The notes under the pieces were generated by a model. That model searched no databases. It saw only the letters and a program-made list of their open reading frames with translations, and was not told the origin of the DNA. Below are positions 49,451-61,490 of a stretch of DNA of 64,000 nt, piece after piece (the stretch's first letter is position 1; each line of letters begins with the position of its first letter). The position numbers and the translations under genes were made by a program. The stretch comes from Sphyrna mokarran. Lineage: Eukaryota. The stretch covers positions 35,588,001 through 35,652,000 of the forward strand of contig JAGIQG010000013.1 in NCBI GenBank assembly GCA_024679065.1. The letters run 5' to 3'.

Positions 49451-50521
49451 CCGCGCCCCTGTTTCTTTCTGCTTTGTACATGACCCCATGGTGGATTAAT
49501 AATAGGGCAACCATCACTTTTTCCAATGCAAGTAAATGGACAATGATAACAGCATCAAAAACACAAACGTACAGGTCATGCGCGTACGAAGTTGCTGCGA
49601 TGCACCAATTCATTAACATTTGAGTTTCATTTCTGTTCCATGAGAAATTGGTATTCCTTATATAATGCCGAGGCAAAATTTGTACAAGAAATTAAAAACA
49701 TTTATGTGCTGAATTGGATATGAAATTTGTTTAACAGGCTACATATGTTTGCAACATGACAGTCACACAATGTTGCATGCACAAACTTCAGAATTATGCA
49801 AATAGTCTAATGTGTGTATGCTTTAGGCCAAGAGAATCATAATGATACACAGAAAGACTACACTTATTGAACAGGCATTAATTTTGAGGATTTTCAGCAT
49901 CATGTTATCTATCACGTATTCTACACGAAGTAACGTACTATGTAACCATTAGCTTGTAGTCAGTCAAGTCAAATCCAGCTATCTGTACAACCCCCACCTT
50001 CCTGCTATTTGCTGGCTTCAGGAACCTGCATTCCACGGCTGAAAACCAGCAGAACTTGAATAGTGTAAAATATTTGTTATTGCCATAGTGACCCATTTAT
50101 GAAAGCAAATTTCTCTGGATTGCTAGGAGCTGAAACAGGGAAAACAACAACAAAAAAGCTGTTTGAAGAGACAGAAACACCCCTCAGAGAAATTGGGGGG
50201 AGAATAAGCAGAAAAGTGGGATTAGGTTAAATTGGTTCTTGAGGGAAAAACTTGGTAGGCTGAATAGTCTGATCCTGTGCAGTGGAATTCAGCAATTCTA
50301 CAGCACTGCACAAAACACAAGTGGGAATAGATGTATGAATGGATTCATATATCACAAGGTTGGAGTTAGTGTGGAAAAATATTTGGTGCAATTGATCATT
50401 TAGATATTTATTCTTCTATAATATAACCTCTCAATGCAAGTGGTGCCATTCTGCTGCCTGAATCATGTCAATATTTCTTCAATGAGCATGTGACTATCAT
50501 GCCCTGCTGTTTTCTCTGAAG

Positions 50522-50825
50522 ATCATAGAATGAATCATTTAACCCCTATGGTGCAGGAGGCAGCCATTTGGCCCAGCAAGCCTGCACCAACAACAATCCA
50601 TCCCAGGCCCTATTCCCGTAACCCCAAGTATTTACCCTGCTAATGCCCCGGACACTAGGCACCAATTTAGCATGGCCAATCAACCTAATGTACACGCACA
50701 TCTTCGGACTGTGGGAGGAAATCAGAGCACCGGGAGGAAACCCAGACAGACACAGGGAGAACATGCAAACTCTACACAGGGACCCGAGGTTGGAATTGCT
50801 CCCAGGTCCCTGGTGCTGTGAGGCA
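50522..50825 (-). mobile_element. HE1-like V-SINE (type A)
   Basis: V-domain ggactgtgggaggaaatcagagcaccgggaggaaaccc; ccctggtgctgtgaggca. Confidence 0.88.
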
Positions 50826-51054
50826 TCTCGGTGGATACAATGCTACTTACTCTTCCAGATCTGTTTCGAGATCACCACGATAACTTTAAAATCTGAAATA
50901 GCTCTCTCAGAATTAAAATGAGTTTCTTTTCAACAAAATAGCAGTTGTTTGAAACCAGTTCCTTTCTTTGCAGTCAGAGTGGTGTTTGGTACTCAAGTCT
51001 CTCACATTAGAGTACGTTCATTATAACATTCACTTTCCAGAACATACCACATAA

Positions 51055-51340
51055 AGGGGCGACACAGTGATTAGCACTGCTGCCTCACAGCGCCAGGGAC
51101 TCGGGTTCAATTCCTGGCTTGGATCACTGTCTGTGTGGAATTTGCACGTTCTCCCCACGTCTGTGTGGGTTTCCTCCCACAGTTCAAAGATATACTGGTT
51201 AAGTGCTTGGCCATGCTAAATTATCTCTCAAAGTTTAGCTAGGATAGACAATCTAGGGTAAATACATGGGATTGTGGGGATAGGGTTTGGGTGGGATTAT
51301 GGTCAGTGCTGAATAGCTTCCTTTTGCACTGTAGGATTCT
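51055..51340 (+). mobile_element. HE1-like V-SINE (type A)
   Basis: ggggcgacacagtgattagcactgctgcctcacagcgccagggactcgggttcaattcc..gcactgtaggattcta. Confidence 0.88.
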
Positions 51341-51374
51341 AAGCCTCTAAACCCATTCATCCTTCTGAACGGCT

Positions 51375-52754
51375 GTCACCTTTCAAGACTCTGGAACAGT
51401 TCCTACACATTGGAGGTAGCTAATGTAACCCCATAACCACAAAGTTATAGACCAATCAGCCTGACATTGGTAGCAGTGAAAATTCTAGAACCCATTATTA
51501 AAGATTTTATAGCAAAACACTGGCAGGATTGGACAGAGTCAGCATGGATTTATGAAAGGGAAAAATCATGCTGGACAAATCTACTGGAATTCTTTGAGGA
51601 TGTAACTAGAAGAGTTGATGAGGGCTAGCTAGTGGATGTGGTTAATTTGGACTTTCAGAAGGCTTCCGACAAGTCCTGAGATTAGCATGTAAAATTAAAG
51701 CACATAAGATTGGGGGTCGTGTATTGAGATGGAGAGAAAACTGGTTTGCAGACAAAAAAAAATCCAGTAGGAATAAACGGTCTTTTCTCAAATGGCAGGC
51801 AGTGACTAGTGGGGTACTGCAGGGATGTATAAATGATTAGATGAGGGAGCTAAATGAAATATCTCCAAATTTGCAAATGACACAAAGCTGGGTGGGAGGG
51901 TGAAGATGCAGGGACCCTTCAGTGTGATTTGGACAACTTGAGTGAGTGGGCAACTGAATGGCAGATGCAGTATAATTTGGATATATATGAGATTGTCCAT
52001 TTAGGTAGCAAAAACAGGAAGGCAGATTACCATCCAAGTGGCCATAAGTTAGGAGAGGGTAATGCACAACGAGACCTGGGTATCCACGTATACCAGTCAC
52101 TGAATGTAAGCACACAGATGCAGCAGGCAATAAGAAAAAATGTAAAAAACATATGTTGGCCTTCATACCAAGACAATTAGAGTACAGGAGCAGAGACGTA
52201 TTGATGCAATTATACTGGGCCTTGATGAGGCCACATCTGGAATACCGTGTACAGTTTTGATCTCCTTATTTGAGGAAGGATGTTCTTGCTCGAGAGAGAG
52301 TGCAGAGAAGCTTGACCAGAATGATTCTAGGGATGGCAGTATGAGAAGAGATTGGAGTGGGTTAGATTAGTATTCACTTGAGTTCAAAAGAATGAGGAGG
52401 GATGTAAAATTCTAACAGGACTAGATAGGATAGATGCAAGAAGCATGTTCCTGATGGTGGGAGTGTCCAGAACCAGAAGTCACAGTCTGAGAATACAGGG
52501 TATGCAGTTTAGGACAGAGATGAGGAGAAATTTCTTCATGCAGAGAGCAGTCAGCCTATGAAATTCACAACTACAAGTCTGTTGAGGCCAAAATATTGTA
52601 CATTTTCAAGAAACTGTTAGATATAGCTCTGAGGAGGAGGGTCGAAGGATTTGGTGGAGGAGGGGGCAGAAAGATGGCAGCATCAGGCTACTCAGTTTGA
52701 TTATCAGCCATGATCATAATGAATGGCCTCCTCCTGCTCCTATGTTCTGTGTTT
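51375..52754 (+). mobile_element. Degenerate CR1 LINE (RT + 3' UTR)
   Basis: ttatagaccaatcagcctgac (YRPISL), cagcatggatttatgaaaggg (QHGFMKG), gactttcagaaggc (DFQKA), aaatttgcaaatgacacaaag (KFANDTK); ends ctcctatgttctgtgttt. Confidence 0.92.
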
Positions 52755-53768
52755 CTCATTGCACTGGACAGAATCTCAGCCATGCCTGCCTCTCCCACTG
52801 AGGCTACCAAGCTTCAACATTGCTGTGGGCCCTCCTATTAGATGACCTGCTTCCCTTGTCTGGTCCTGAATTGGATAGTGCTACCGAAGGCAGTGGCTTA
52901 ATTGGCCATCTCTAGGAAGGTCATGCCATGTCCACTTCCCAGGTCCTGACCTGACACTGAAGCTGAAGATGGCAACCTGACCAAAATTCAGCCCAGCTTT
53001 TGGCAGGAACACTGTTCCAGGCCATGTCAAAGTAGATTACCTAAGAACAATCCTCTTTTTGACAGACCCAATATTCACTAATAACCACTTCCATTTGTAC
53101 GGCATCTTGACATCGAGAAATGAATTGGGCAAGCAAACAAAATGTTAATAGCTCTTGTATCTTTTGCAAACTAAAAGGCAATGGTTAAGTGGTTGCTTCC
53201 ATGTCCTTAATATTTAAACAAAACTAGCAATTACAAAAGAAGTGCATCAACATTCAAGGCATGATAACAGCAGATAGTTCAGCCTGTAAAAGGGAACACC
53301 AGCCCCAGTGTGAGGTATTATGAGGTGAAGCTAAGGATGTAAAGTAGTTCTTTAGATGTTTAAGACAATTTTGATTAAAAGGCAGACTTTGCACCTTAGG
53401 GCATTTCTCGATGTCAAGATGCCGTGCAAATGGAAGTGGTTATTACTAAATATTGGGCCTGTCAAAAAGAGGATTGTTCTTAGATAATCTACTTCGACAT
53501 GGCCTGGAATAGTGTTCCTGCCAAAAACTGGGCTAAATTTTGGTTAGGTTGCCATCCTCAGCTTCAATGTCAGGTCAGGACCCAGGAAGTGGACATGGCA
53601 TGACCTCCCTACAGATAGCAAATTAGGTCACTGCCTCCGGTAGCACTATCCAATTCAGGACCAGACAAGGGAAGCAGGTCATCTAATAGGAGGGCCACAG
53701 CAATGTTGAAGCTTGGTAGCCTCAGTGGGAGAGACAAGCATGGCTGAGATTCTGTCCAGCACAATGAG
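52755..53768. repeat. Long inverted repeat: arms 52755-53122 and 53402-53768, 279-bp spacer
   Basis: Manual alignment gives about 25 substitutions plus 1 indel over 368 bp (about 93% identity). Confidence 0.97.
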
Positions 53769-53779
53769 TCAAAACATCA

Positions 53780-54103
53780 GGCAGAATGTTCCCAGTCCTG
53801 GGGAGGTGGTTTAATCAGCACAACTGGAAGCAAAACCATAGCGAGTGCCAGGAACTGCCTCCAGTTAAACCCCTAGCTCAATCTGCCCAGCATCAGGAAA
53901 ACCCCAGCGACATTGTTGCCTTTCAGGTATTTTAACCCCTTAACTGGCCAAATTGGCTGCCTGCCACTGGCAGTTTTTGCCATGTTCACCCCACCTCTGG
54001 TAAAATTGCTGAGGTTGGAACATTTCAAGTGGTTGGCCTGATGAGCTATTTTACATCTTATTGCCTTCTAAACAGTCTCCCTAGGACTGGAAAAATTCTG
54101 CCT
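53780..54103. mobile_element. MITE
   Basis: TIRs ggcagaatgttcccagtcct / aggactggaaaaattctgcc. Confidence 0.7.
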
Positions 54104-55469
54104 GGTGTTTTGACTCACTGCACTGAACAGAAGTGCATAAAATACAGAACAAAGGTTTCTGTCAACCATGTGTGGTTCAACCATTTTAAATATTATTACT
54201 GCCTGTAGTTAAGGGGTTAAATTGGCAATGGACTGGAAGGGTATGTGTTACACCCCTATTTTAATCAACTCCCAACATTCAAAGGGGATTATAAATCAAG
54301 ATGTGGTGATTAGAGTTTGACGTTAAATCTTGCAGATAATTATAGTCCGTCAAACCGATATACGTAGGTAACCATGTTAGAAACTACATAAATAGTGACG
54401 GGGGCGGGGGTGCTGCAGGAGGGATGAGTGCAGGAGTTGTAAGGTGAATTTTCAAGCCTCCCCACCTGGGGGATCTGGGCAATGACTCCTGGAGTACACA
54501 GTGGTCAATGACCTATTGTACCATTGCTGCTGTTGCCATGACTATAACTTTTCCCACAAACCCGCTGGCCAGAGCAGCTGAATCTAGTGGTGGCTGGCTG
54601 AATTTTTTAATAAGTTAATAGTCACAAGCTTCCATTAACACTGCAATGAAATTGGCACTTGTTTGGCTACACTGAAAGAGAATTTTGCATCACCAGCATG
54701 TCTTTCAGACTGCAGGGGGAAACTGCAGCAGATGCAGAGAGAATATGGAGATCCCGCACAGTGACTGAAGTTGGGAATGGAACCCCAGGACGGATAAGGG
54801 TACACACACACACACATTCCAGTAGTGTTCTGGCTGAAGAGGAATCCGTAGTCAGGTTCATCATGTTTGAGCCTCGATGGAGAAGAGCTTCCTCTGCCTT
54901 GATAACCCCAGCCTGAGCAACTCCCAATTCCTTGGCCCCACTCAATGGGCAAAAAGGAATCATGAACAAAACAAGGTACACCATGAATAAGGTCCAGTAA
55001 CTCCAATGATGAAAGGCATTTTAAAAGCTACGATTTGTGAATTAGCGATATGCTATTACTTTCAATCTGATGAGGGCAATAAATCTATTGGATTTCTTTC
55101 AGTGTTACGGATGAATTTTCAGCCATTATATTGAAAGGATAGCAATGACACTTATTCAAACCTATGCTGAACTCTATTAAGCTCAGAGTTACTGGACTGG
55201 GTAATGAAACTATTATACCACAGGCAGCAAGCCAATTACTTCTTTTTTGCCACAATATCATGTCATCAAATTGGGGAAAATATTAATTTGGAGTAGATTT
55301 TCAGTGGAAAGCTATACCCGTGAATAGATTTCCAGTCATGACATTCCCATTGAGAGCTTGGGCTCCTTTTTAGGCTAACCAAAGAACCCTTCCAATCTTC
55401 AGACCAACTAAAAATGCTTCTGCCTAGGAGGAAAAGCACAATAGTCTTTTCAAACCTCAGTGTTTAGCT

Positions 55470-55640
55470 TAGAATCATAGAATCCCTACAGTGTAGAAAA
55501 GAGCCATTTGGCCCATTAAGCCTGTACTGACAACAATCCCACCCAGGCCCTAATCCCACAACCCCACATACTTACTATGCTAATGACCCTGACACTAAGG
55601 GGCAATTGTGCATGACTAGTCAACCTAACCTGCATATCTG
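55470..55640 (-). mobile_element. V-SINE 3' fragment (type A)
   Basis: tagaatcatagaatccctacagtgtagaaaagagccatttggccc..caacctaacctgcatatct. Confidence 0.8.
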
Positions 55641-57859
55641 GATTTTGACATTTCTCATTTTCTTTTGGTGGATGTTTCATCTGCCTGACTAATCTTCTAG
55701 GTCAATATTGACTCAGATCCTGATCGAATAAGTATTTTGTTGTGTTGAAATTCACCGTTTTGATGGACAAGTAGGGTCAAAACTCACTGTGGTCTCTGAC
55801 CATGCGTATCTTCATTACTTAAATGAAATGTAATTCTACCAAGCTGCATGACAAAACCATCTGGTGTAAATATGAAGTGGTGGAATACTTTAAAAAAAAG
55901 TAACCTAATATGGACTTGAGTCACATTGCAAATATTACTTGCTTTGTTCTCATGTTCCTAACCCCTCACCCAGTGTTCCCATCAGATTCCCACATTCAAG
56001 AGGAAGTTTCTCCAAATGCTGTATGTGGGGTGACTGGTAACCATTGAAGCCATTCAGCAACTGCAAGAGTCAGCAGCTTACCAAAGGAGTTAGATTAGAT
56101 TTTCTGATGGCCAGTAACAAAGATGGAATCTTCTCCCCAATCCTTTCAGTGCTTCCTGCTTTCTACATTTCCTACAGAAACTTGATTATTAAAGGAATTA
56201 AATGATTATTAAATGTTTAACAGAATAAAATTTACTTAAACTGATCCTAAAGCCAAATGATTTGGTATGACATGTAACTATTAGTCAAGAACCCATTGCT
56301 ATCTGAACTTTATATTTAATGAGCCAAAAAGGAGGCACATTAATGCAAAAAGCAACTACAATAGGTTTTTATTTTATGCAAGTCAAGAGCTTCATAATGC
56401 AAGTCCCCATTTCACAGCATTGAAATCATGTATTAAAACTAAAACAGGAGCTATAGAATGGTTCAATAATATAGTACTAAAAAAATGCCTCTGGCAATTA
56501 ACATTTAACAATTCTTTATTCTCTCTAAATAAGTATAGTGATGTTATTGAAACTGAAATTATTTTGCCGTTTCCATATCTTGTATAGATCAGATTACATT
56601 ACTCACACACTTGCAAGTCACTACATGTAAACAGATGACTCCAAACATCTGCCCAAAGAGGGTGAAAGCTATTAATCATATCTTCATTTAACTGTATTTC
56701 CTGAAGCACCAGTGTAATTTTGCACAAGTGAGCAGCTGGAATAGAAGATCTCAGGAACAATTGCTAGCACTGAATCATCCAGATAAAGAATATAATCACC
56801 CCTTTCTTCCAAATCAAGAAATTCATCAAGCAGCCTCCACACAGCCATTTAACAGCTCTTAGAGTGAAAATAGGACTTAGTGTTTCCTCAATTGTATTTG
56901 ATCTGGATCTCGTTGCCCAATGCATCCTCCCTCTGCTCCCACCCATCCCAAATCTCCCTTGAAGGTGCTCTTGTTTACTCACCTAGCTATTCAATGTGGC
57001 TCTGCTACTCCTTTTAGGGTCTTTCTGTCTGCGCAACAAGGGAGTTGAGTTTCAATGCTATTCCCTCCTTTTATTGCCTTTCTCCAAAGTAACATTGAGA
57101 AAAGCCATTAGATATATTTTGTTTCATCTCACCCAGCAAGATCCATAAATCATCTTGGTGTCACAATTTTTACTTCCTTTCATCTCTGTGCGTGTCTATT
57201 ATTCATGCGGGATTACATGCCATAAAAATCCCTATTTTTAGTTTGAACCCATGTGTTCTATTTCTGCTATTTAGTATGAAGTAATGTTTCAAGTTACGTA
57301 CCCATTAAAACTTCCTACATTTCTACAATTACCTTTCAAATCCTCTCTCCAGACTGGAAAAACATACCTGATGTTGGCAACTAAACATGAGGGCCCTTTC
57401 TGAAATGCCTCCAGCAACTGAAAGTCTAACTCATTTGTCTGTGACCAGAACTGGGTGCAGCACTGATTCAAGGTGCAGTCTAACATAGATCAGCCCCACC
57501 TAGTTGCATCACTCTTACTCAGTGAGATATACAACAGAAAGATGGTAACGAGACCGGGATAGAATTTTCTTTTACATTTCAGTTAAGAAATTAAGGTTTG
57601 ATGAAAATTGTGACATTCTTGGGAGTCTCACAAGACAATTTTGAGGAAGTGAGTAATTTGAAGGATTGCTCCATCTGTACATCATGTTCAGGCACTGAGG
57701 CATATTTGGAGCAAATGGGGGAAATATGACCAGGATGAAGAGCCTCGATGTCACTATGAACAAAGGTTAGCAATATTGCTGGAAGAGAATAAAACAGGAG
57801 ACAAGGACAAAGTAAATGTTTTGTTTGCCAGATACTTTTGAAGTGCAGGTTACCTCATT

Positions 57860-58360
57860 GAAGTTTTAAAGGCTAGGATAGATAAATTTTTGAATATTAA
57901 ATGAATTAAGGGTTATGGTGAGTAGGCGGATAAGTGGAGCTGAGTCCGCGAAGAGATCAGCCATGATCTTAGTGACCTACTCTGGCTCCTAGTTCTTTAT
58001 ATGTTTATTAACATACAAATGAATTGCATAACTTTTCACAAACACTCTCCATTCTTGGCTGTAAGAACGTAAGAAATAGGAGCAGGCGTAGGCCATCCAG
58101 CTCTTCGAGCCTGCCCCGCCATTCAATAAGATCATGGCTGATCTGTAGTGGTTCAGTACCACTTTCCCGCTTTCTCCCTGTAACCCTTAATTCCCTTGTC
58201 AATTAAAAACCTATCCATTCTTGACTTGAACATATTCAGCGAAGAAGCTTCCACCAGCTCATGAGGCAGAGAATTCCAAAGATTCACCACCCTTTGCGTG
58301 AAGAAATTTCTCCTCAACTCTGATCTGAACCACCCTCCACCTAATCTTGAGGCTGTGCTT
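57860..58360. mobile_element. Tail-to-tail pair of CR1 3' ends (plus about 57860-58008; minus about 58060-58360)
   Basis: gaattaagggttatgg..gatcagccatgatctt versus aagatcatggctgatc..taacccttaattc. Confidence 0.85.
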
Positions 58361-58459
58361 TATTTCCTTAGATATCTTACGTGCAGTATTATATTACAGA
58401 TGTAAGAAGCATTATAAGGTAAGAAGCAGAGAAAGATTCAGTAGAGAAACTACCTTGTG

Positions 58460-60620
58460 TTCGTAGGTTTAGACTGTTGTAATGCAAGTTGGCCTCATGG
58501 GTATACATTAGATCTGAAACCAAAAAAATGTAACCAGCCCAAAGGTTTCAGATAAAGGATACTGTAGCATTTAACCAATATTGCCTGTGAAACCCCAGTA
58601 TTATAAAATACACATGTTAATCAAATTCTGGACTCTGATGGAGAATAAAATTGCACTGAGATTTATGTTCAAAGTGCTAAATCTGTGGGAAAGTTGGTGC
58701 TATCAAGATGATATGCAGCAGAGGTAAGTGTAATGTTCAGTGTTACAATGCAGCACCAAGTCACAGTCATGCACCAGGGTAAAGTTGTGGTTGATCTAAA
58801 GCTAGTTCAAGGATCCTTGAATACACACAGGAGAAATATGGAAACTGAAACAGAAAGTGATGTTATCAACTAGAAGGATCAAGAGTTATACAAGAGCAAG
58901 AGAAACAACGCACAGATGAGGAGAATAATAGGATTGAAGATACAATTTCAGTGTCTCCAGTAAAAGCAAATATTGGAGATTCACAACTTACATTCACTAG
59001 TGATGCAGCTGCAATGTCTGTTGTTATCTCAAAAGAGCATAGAAAAAAACCCTAAACTACAATCTCTTATGCAAAATCGGTATAAAGCTGATTATTATTG
59101 CAACAATAATATTCCTGTTATGTTAGGGTGGAATATGAAGAAGCATCCCATAACTTGCCATATGAAGTAGTAGGAGGGAATGAAGTTTCCCTGAATGGGA
59201 ATTTTTTGATTTATGATATGATTAAACTGGTCCAAGTGTTAAGAGAGCACAAAATGAACGTTGAGCCCAGAGGACCAAATGATAAACCTAGCCATCAGTA
59301 CAATATTAAGCACAAATCAGCAGATCACACTAATATGAATGCAGCTCAAGATTTCCAGTGACCATTGATTCATTGGTCACTTAGTTAACTGGGAATGATT
59401 TCGCATATACAAATGACATGTCAGAGTAAGATGATGATGAAACCCACAAGGAAGTGCTGCTCAGCAAAGTGCCGAGGCACAGTGGTTAGCACTGCTACCT
59501 CACAGTGCCAGGGAGTCAGGTTTGATTCCTGGCTTGGGTCATTGTTGAGGAGTCAACCTGGGTTTCCTCCGGGTGCTCCGATTTCCTCCCACTGTCAAAG
59601 AGATGCTGGATAGGTGCATTGTTCATGCTGAATTCTCCCTCAATGTACTCAAACAGGCGCCAGAGTGTGGTAGGTAGGGGATTTTCACAGTAATTTCATT
59701 GCAGTATTAATATAAGCCTACTTGCGACACTAGTAAATAAACTTTAAATTTAAATTGAAGACCATGGTGATAAGAAATTGCAGGAGTGATTCAGACTAGA
59801 AATCAACTAAGTACACATCACGACTGTCTCCTATAAGTCATTACCCCACTAAGTTTTAGAATGAGATTGTTTGCAAGCACACAGAGAGGTAAACAGTAGC
59901 AAGAAGCTACTCTAGATATTCAGCAGTAAATGAAGGTATTAAGAAATTGATGAGTAGTGTGTCTTGGAATGAGAAATTATTCAACCAAGTCTCTTTTTCT
60001 TTCATGGGCAAACATAAGGAAACTGTGGGAATAAGTACGTATCAATGAATTTGAAATCAAAAGGCGATTGCTCCTTGCTTTTGTCAACAGCTTTAGCATA
60101 TGGGTCTGTGACCAATATAAGTGCCAAAATTATTGCTGTTTTGAGAGATTGATTTGCAACTTATAGGCTGCCAGAGGTGGTGGTGTCAGATAACGGTCCT
60201 TTATTTATGTCACACTCCAATGTCATCATTCAGCATTGAATGATGCTGCAGAATGAATTTCACTGATCATGAAGAGATCTTTGCTAGGTGATGAGCTAGA
60301 CTGCAATTTCCCTCTCTTCAATATACGAGACTATTTCCTGTTTCCTTATGGATTAACCTCAAGCTATAATAGCTTGCGCACCTTATGAGTTAGCGTTTAA
60401 ACATACTCCAAGGACAAATTTGAGTTTGCTCAAGTCTGACACCAGTAGCAAACCAAGGGAAAAACAAGACAAAGTGAAGATGAGTGAGTCATGAAAGAGG
60501 TCAGAGTTGGTTAATAGGTCATGGTGAAAAACAAGTGATAATGGTGGTGGTGACTGGAGTTGTTGTAAAGGGACCAGATGCTTTTACAGATTGAGAAATT
60601 TAGGGACGACTACATCAGGG
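58460..60620 (+). mobile_element. Decayed Ty3/Gypsy gag-pol remnant (protease, end of RNase H, integrase) with a nested type-B V-SINE (about 59475-59748)
   Basis: About 60121-60210 translates AKIIAVLRD*FATYRLPEVVVSDNGPLFMS (integrase core SDNG). Then HHSALNDAAE (cf. YHPASNGLAE) and FKHTPRTNLSLLK. 59128-59230 VEYEEASHNLPYEVVGGNEVSL is protease-like. 5' boundary uncertain. Confidence 0.75.
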
Positions 60621-60974
60621 TCATGGAGGTTATTTGCTTGAAAGAAGAAATCCGACAAAAGGACAGCAAAAGAAACTTCCACCAGTCCAAATTGCACCTA
60701 CAATGCAAACTGAAGTCAGAAAGAAATTGAAAGTTTGCTAGTATTACAGAAACCACTGATTGGGTAAAGCAAGTCAGGGTCCTCGGTTGGGACAGTGGCA
60801 TTGAACAGTGGTGTTAGTAGTCAAAGTTCAAGTCTGATACAGTCAGAAAAACATGAGATACTCAAGCAGAAAAGATGTCAGACTGTTTACTGAAAGTATG
60901 TAGGAAGGAAGAAAAAACAAAGTTCTTTTCATTATTTCTTCAAAATGAAGATATTTTTATTAAACACATACTGA

Positions 60975-61490
60975 TGCGAAAGGATATATTGGCCTTGGGG
61001 AGAGTACAGAGAAGGTTCACCAGGCTGATACTGAAGAGGGGGGGTTGGCTTATGAGGAGAGATTGAATAGACTGGGCCTGTACTCGTTTGAGTTTAGAAG
61101 GCTGAGGGTGGGATCTTATAGAGACTTACAAGATAATGAAGGGGCTAGATAGGGTAGAGGTAGAGAGATTCTTTCTGCTTAGAAAGGCAACCAAAACTAG
61201 AAGGCACAGCCTCAAAATAAGGGGGAGAGGCGCAATTTAGAACAGAATGGAGGAGGAACTTCTTCACTCAAAAGATGGTGAATCCCTGGAATTCTCTGCC
61301 CATTGAAGTGGTGCAGGCTACCTCGTTGAATATGTTTAAGTTACGGGTAGATAGATTTCTGATAGATAAGGGAATTAAGGGTTATGGGGAGAAGGTGGGA
61401 AAATGGAACTGATCCACTTCAGATCAGCCGTGATCTTATAGAATGGCGGGGCAGGCGGCCTAATCCCACTCCTATTTCTTATGTTCTTAT
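60975..61490 (+). mobile_element. CR1 3' fragment, same subfamily as 21345-21870
   Basis: KDILALGRVQRRFTRLI; colinear high similarity to the intron-8 CR1; ends ctcctatttcttatgttcttatg. Confidence 0.92.
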
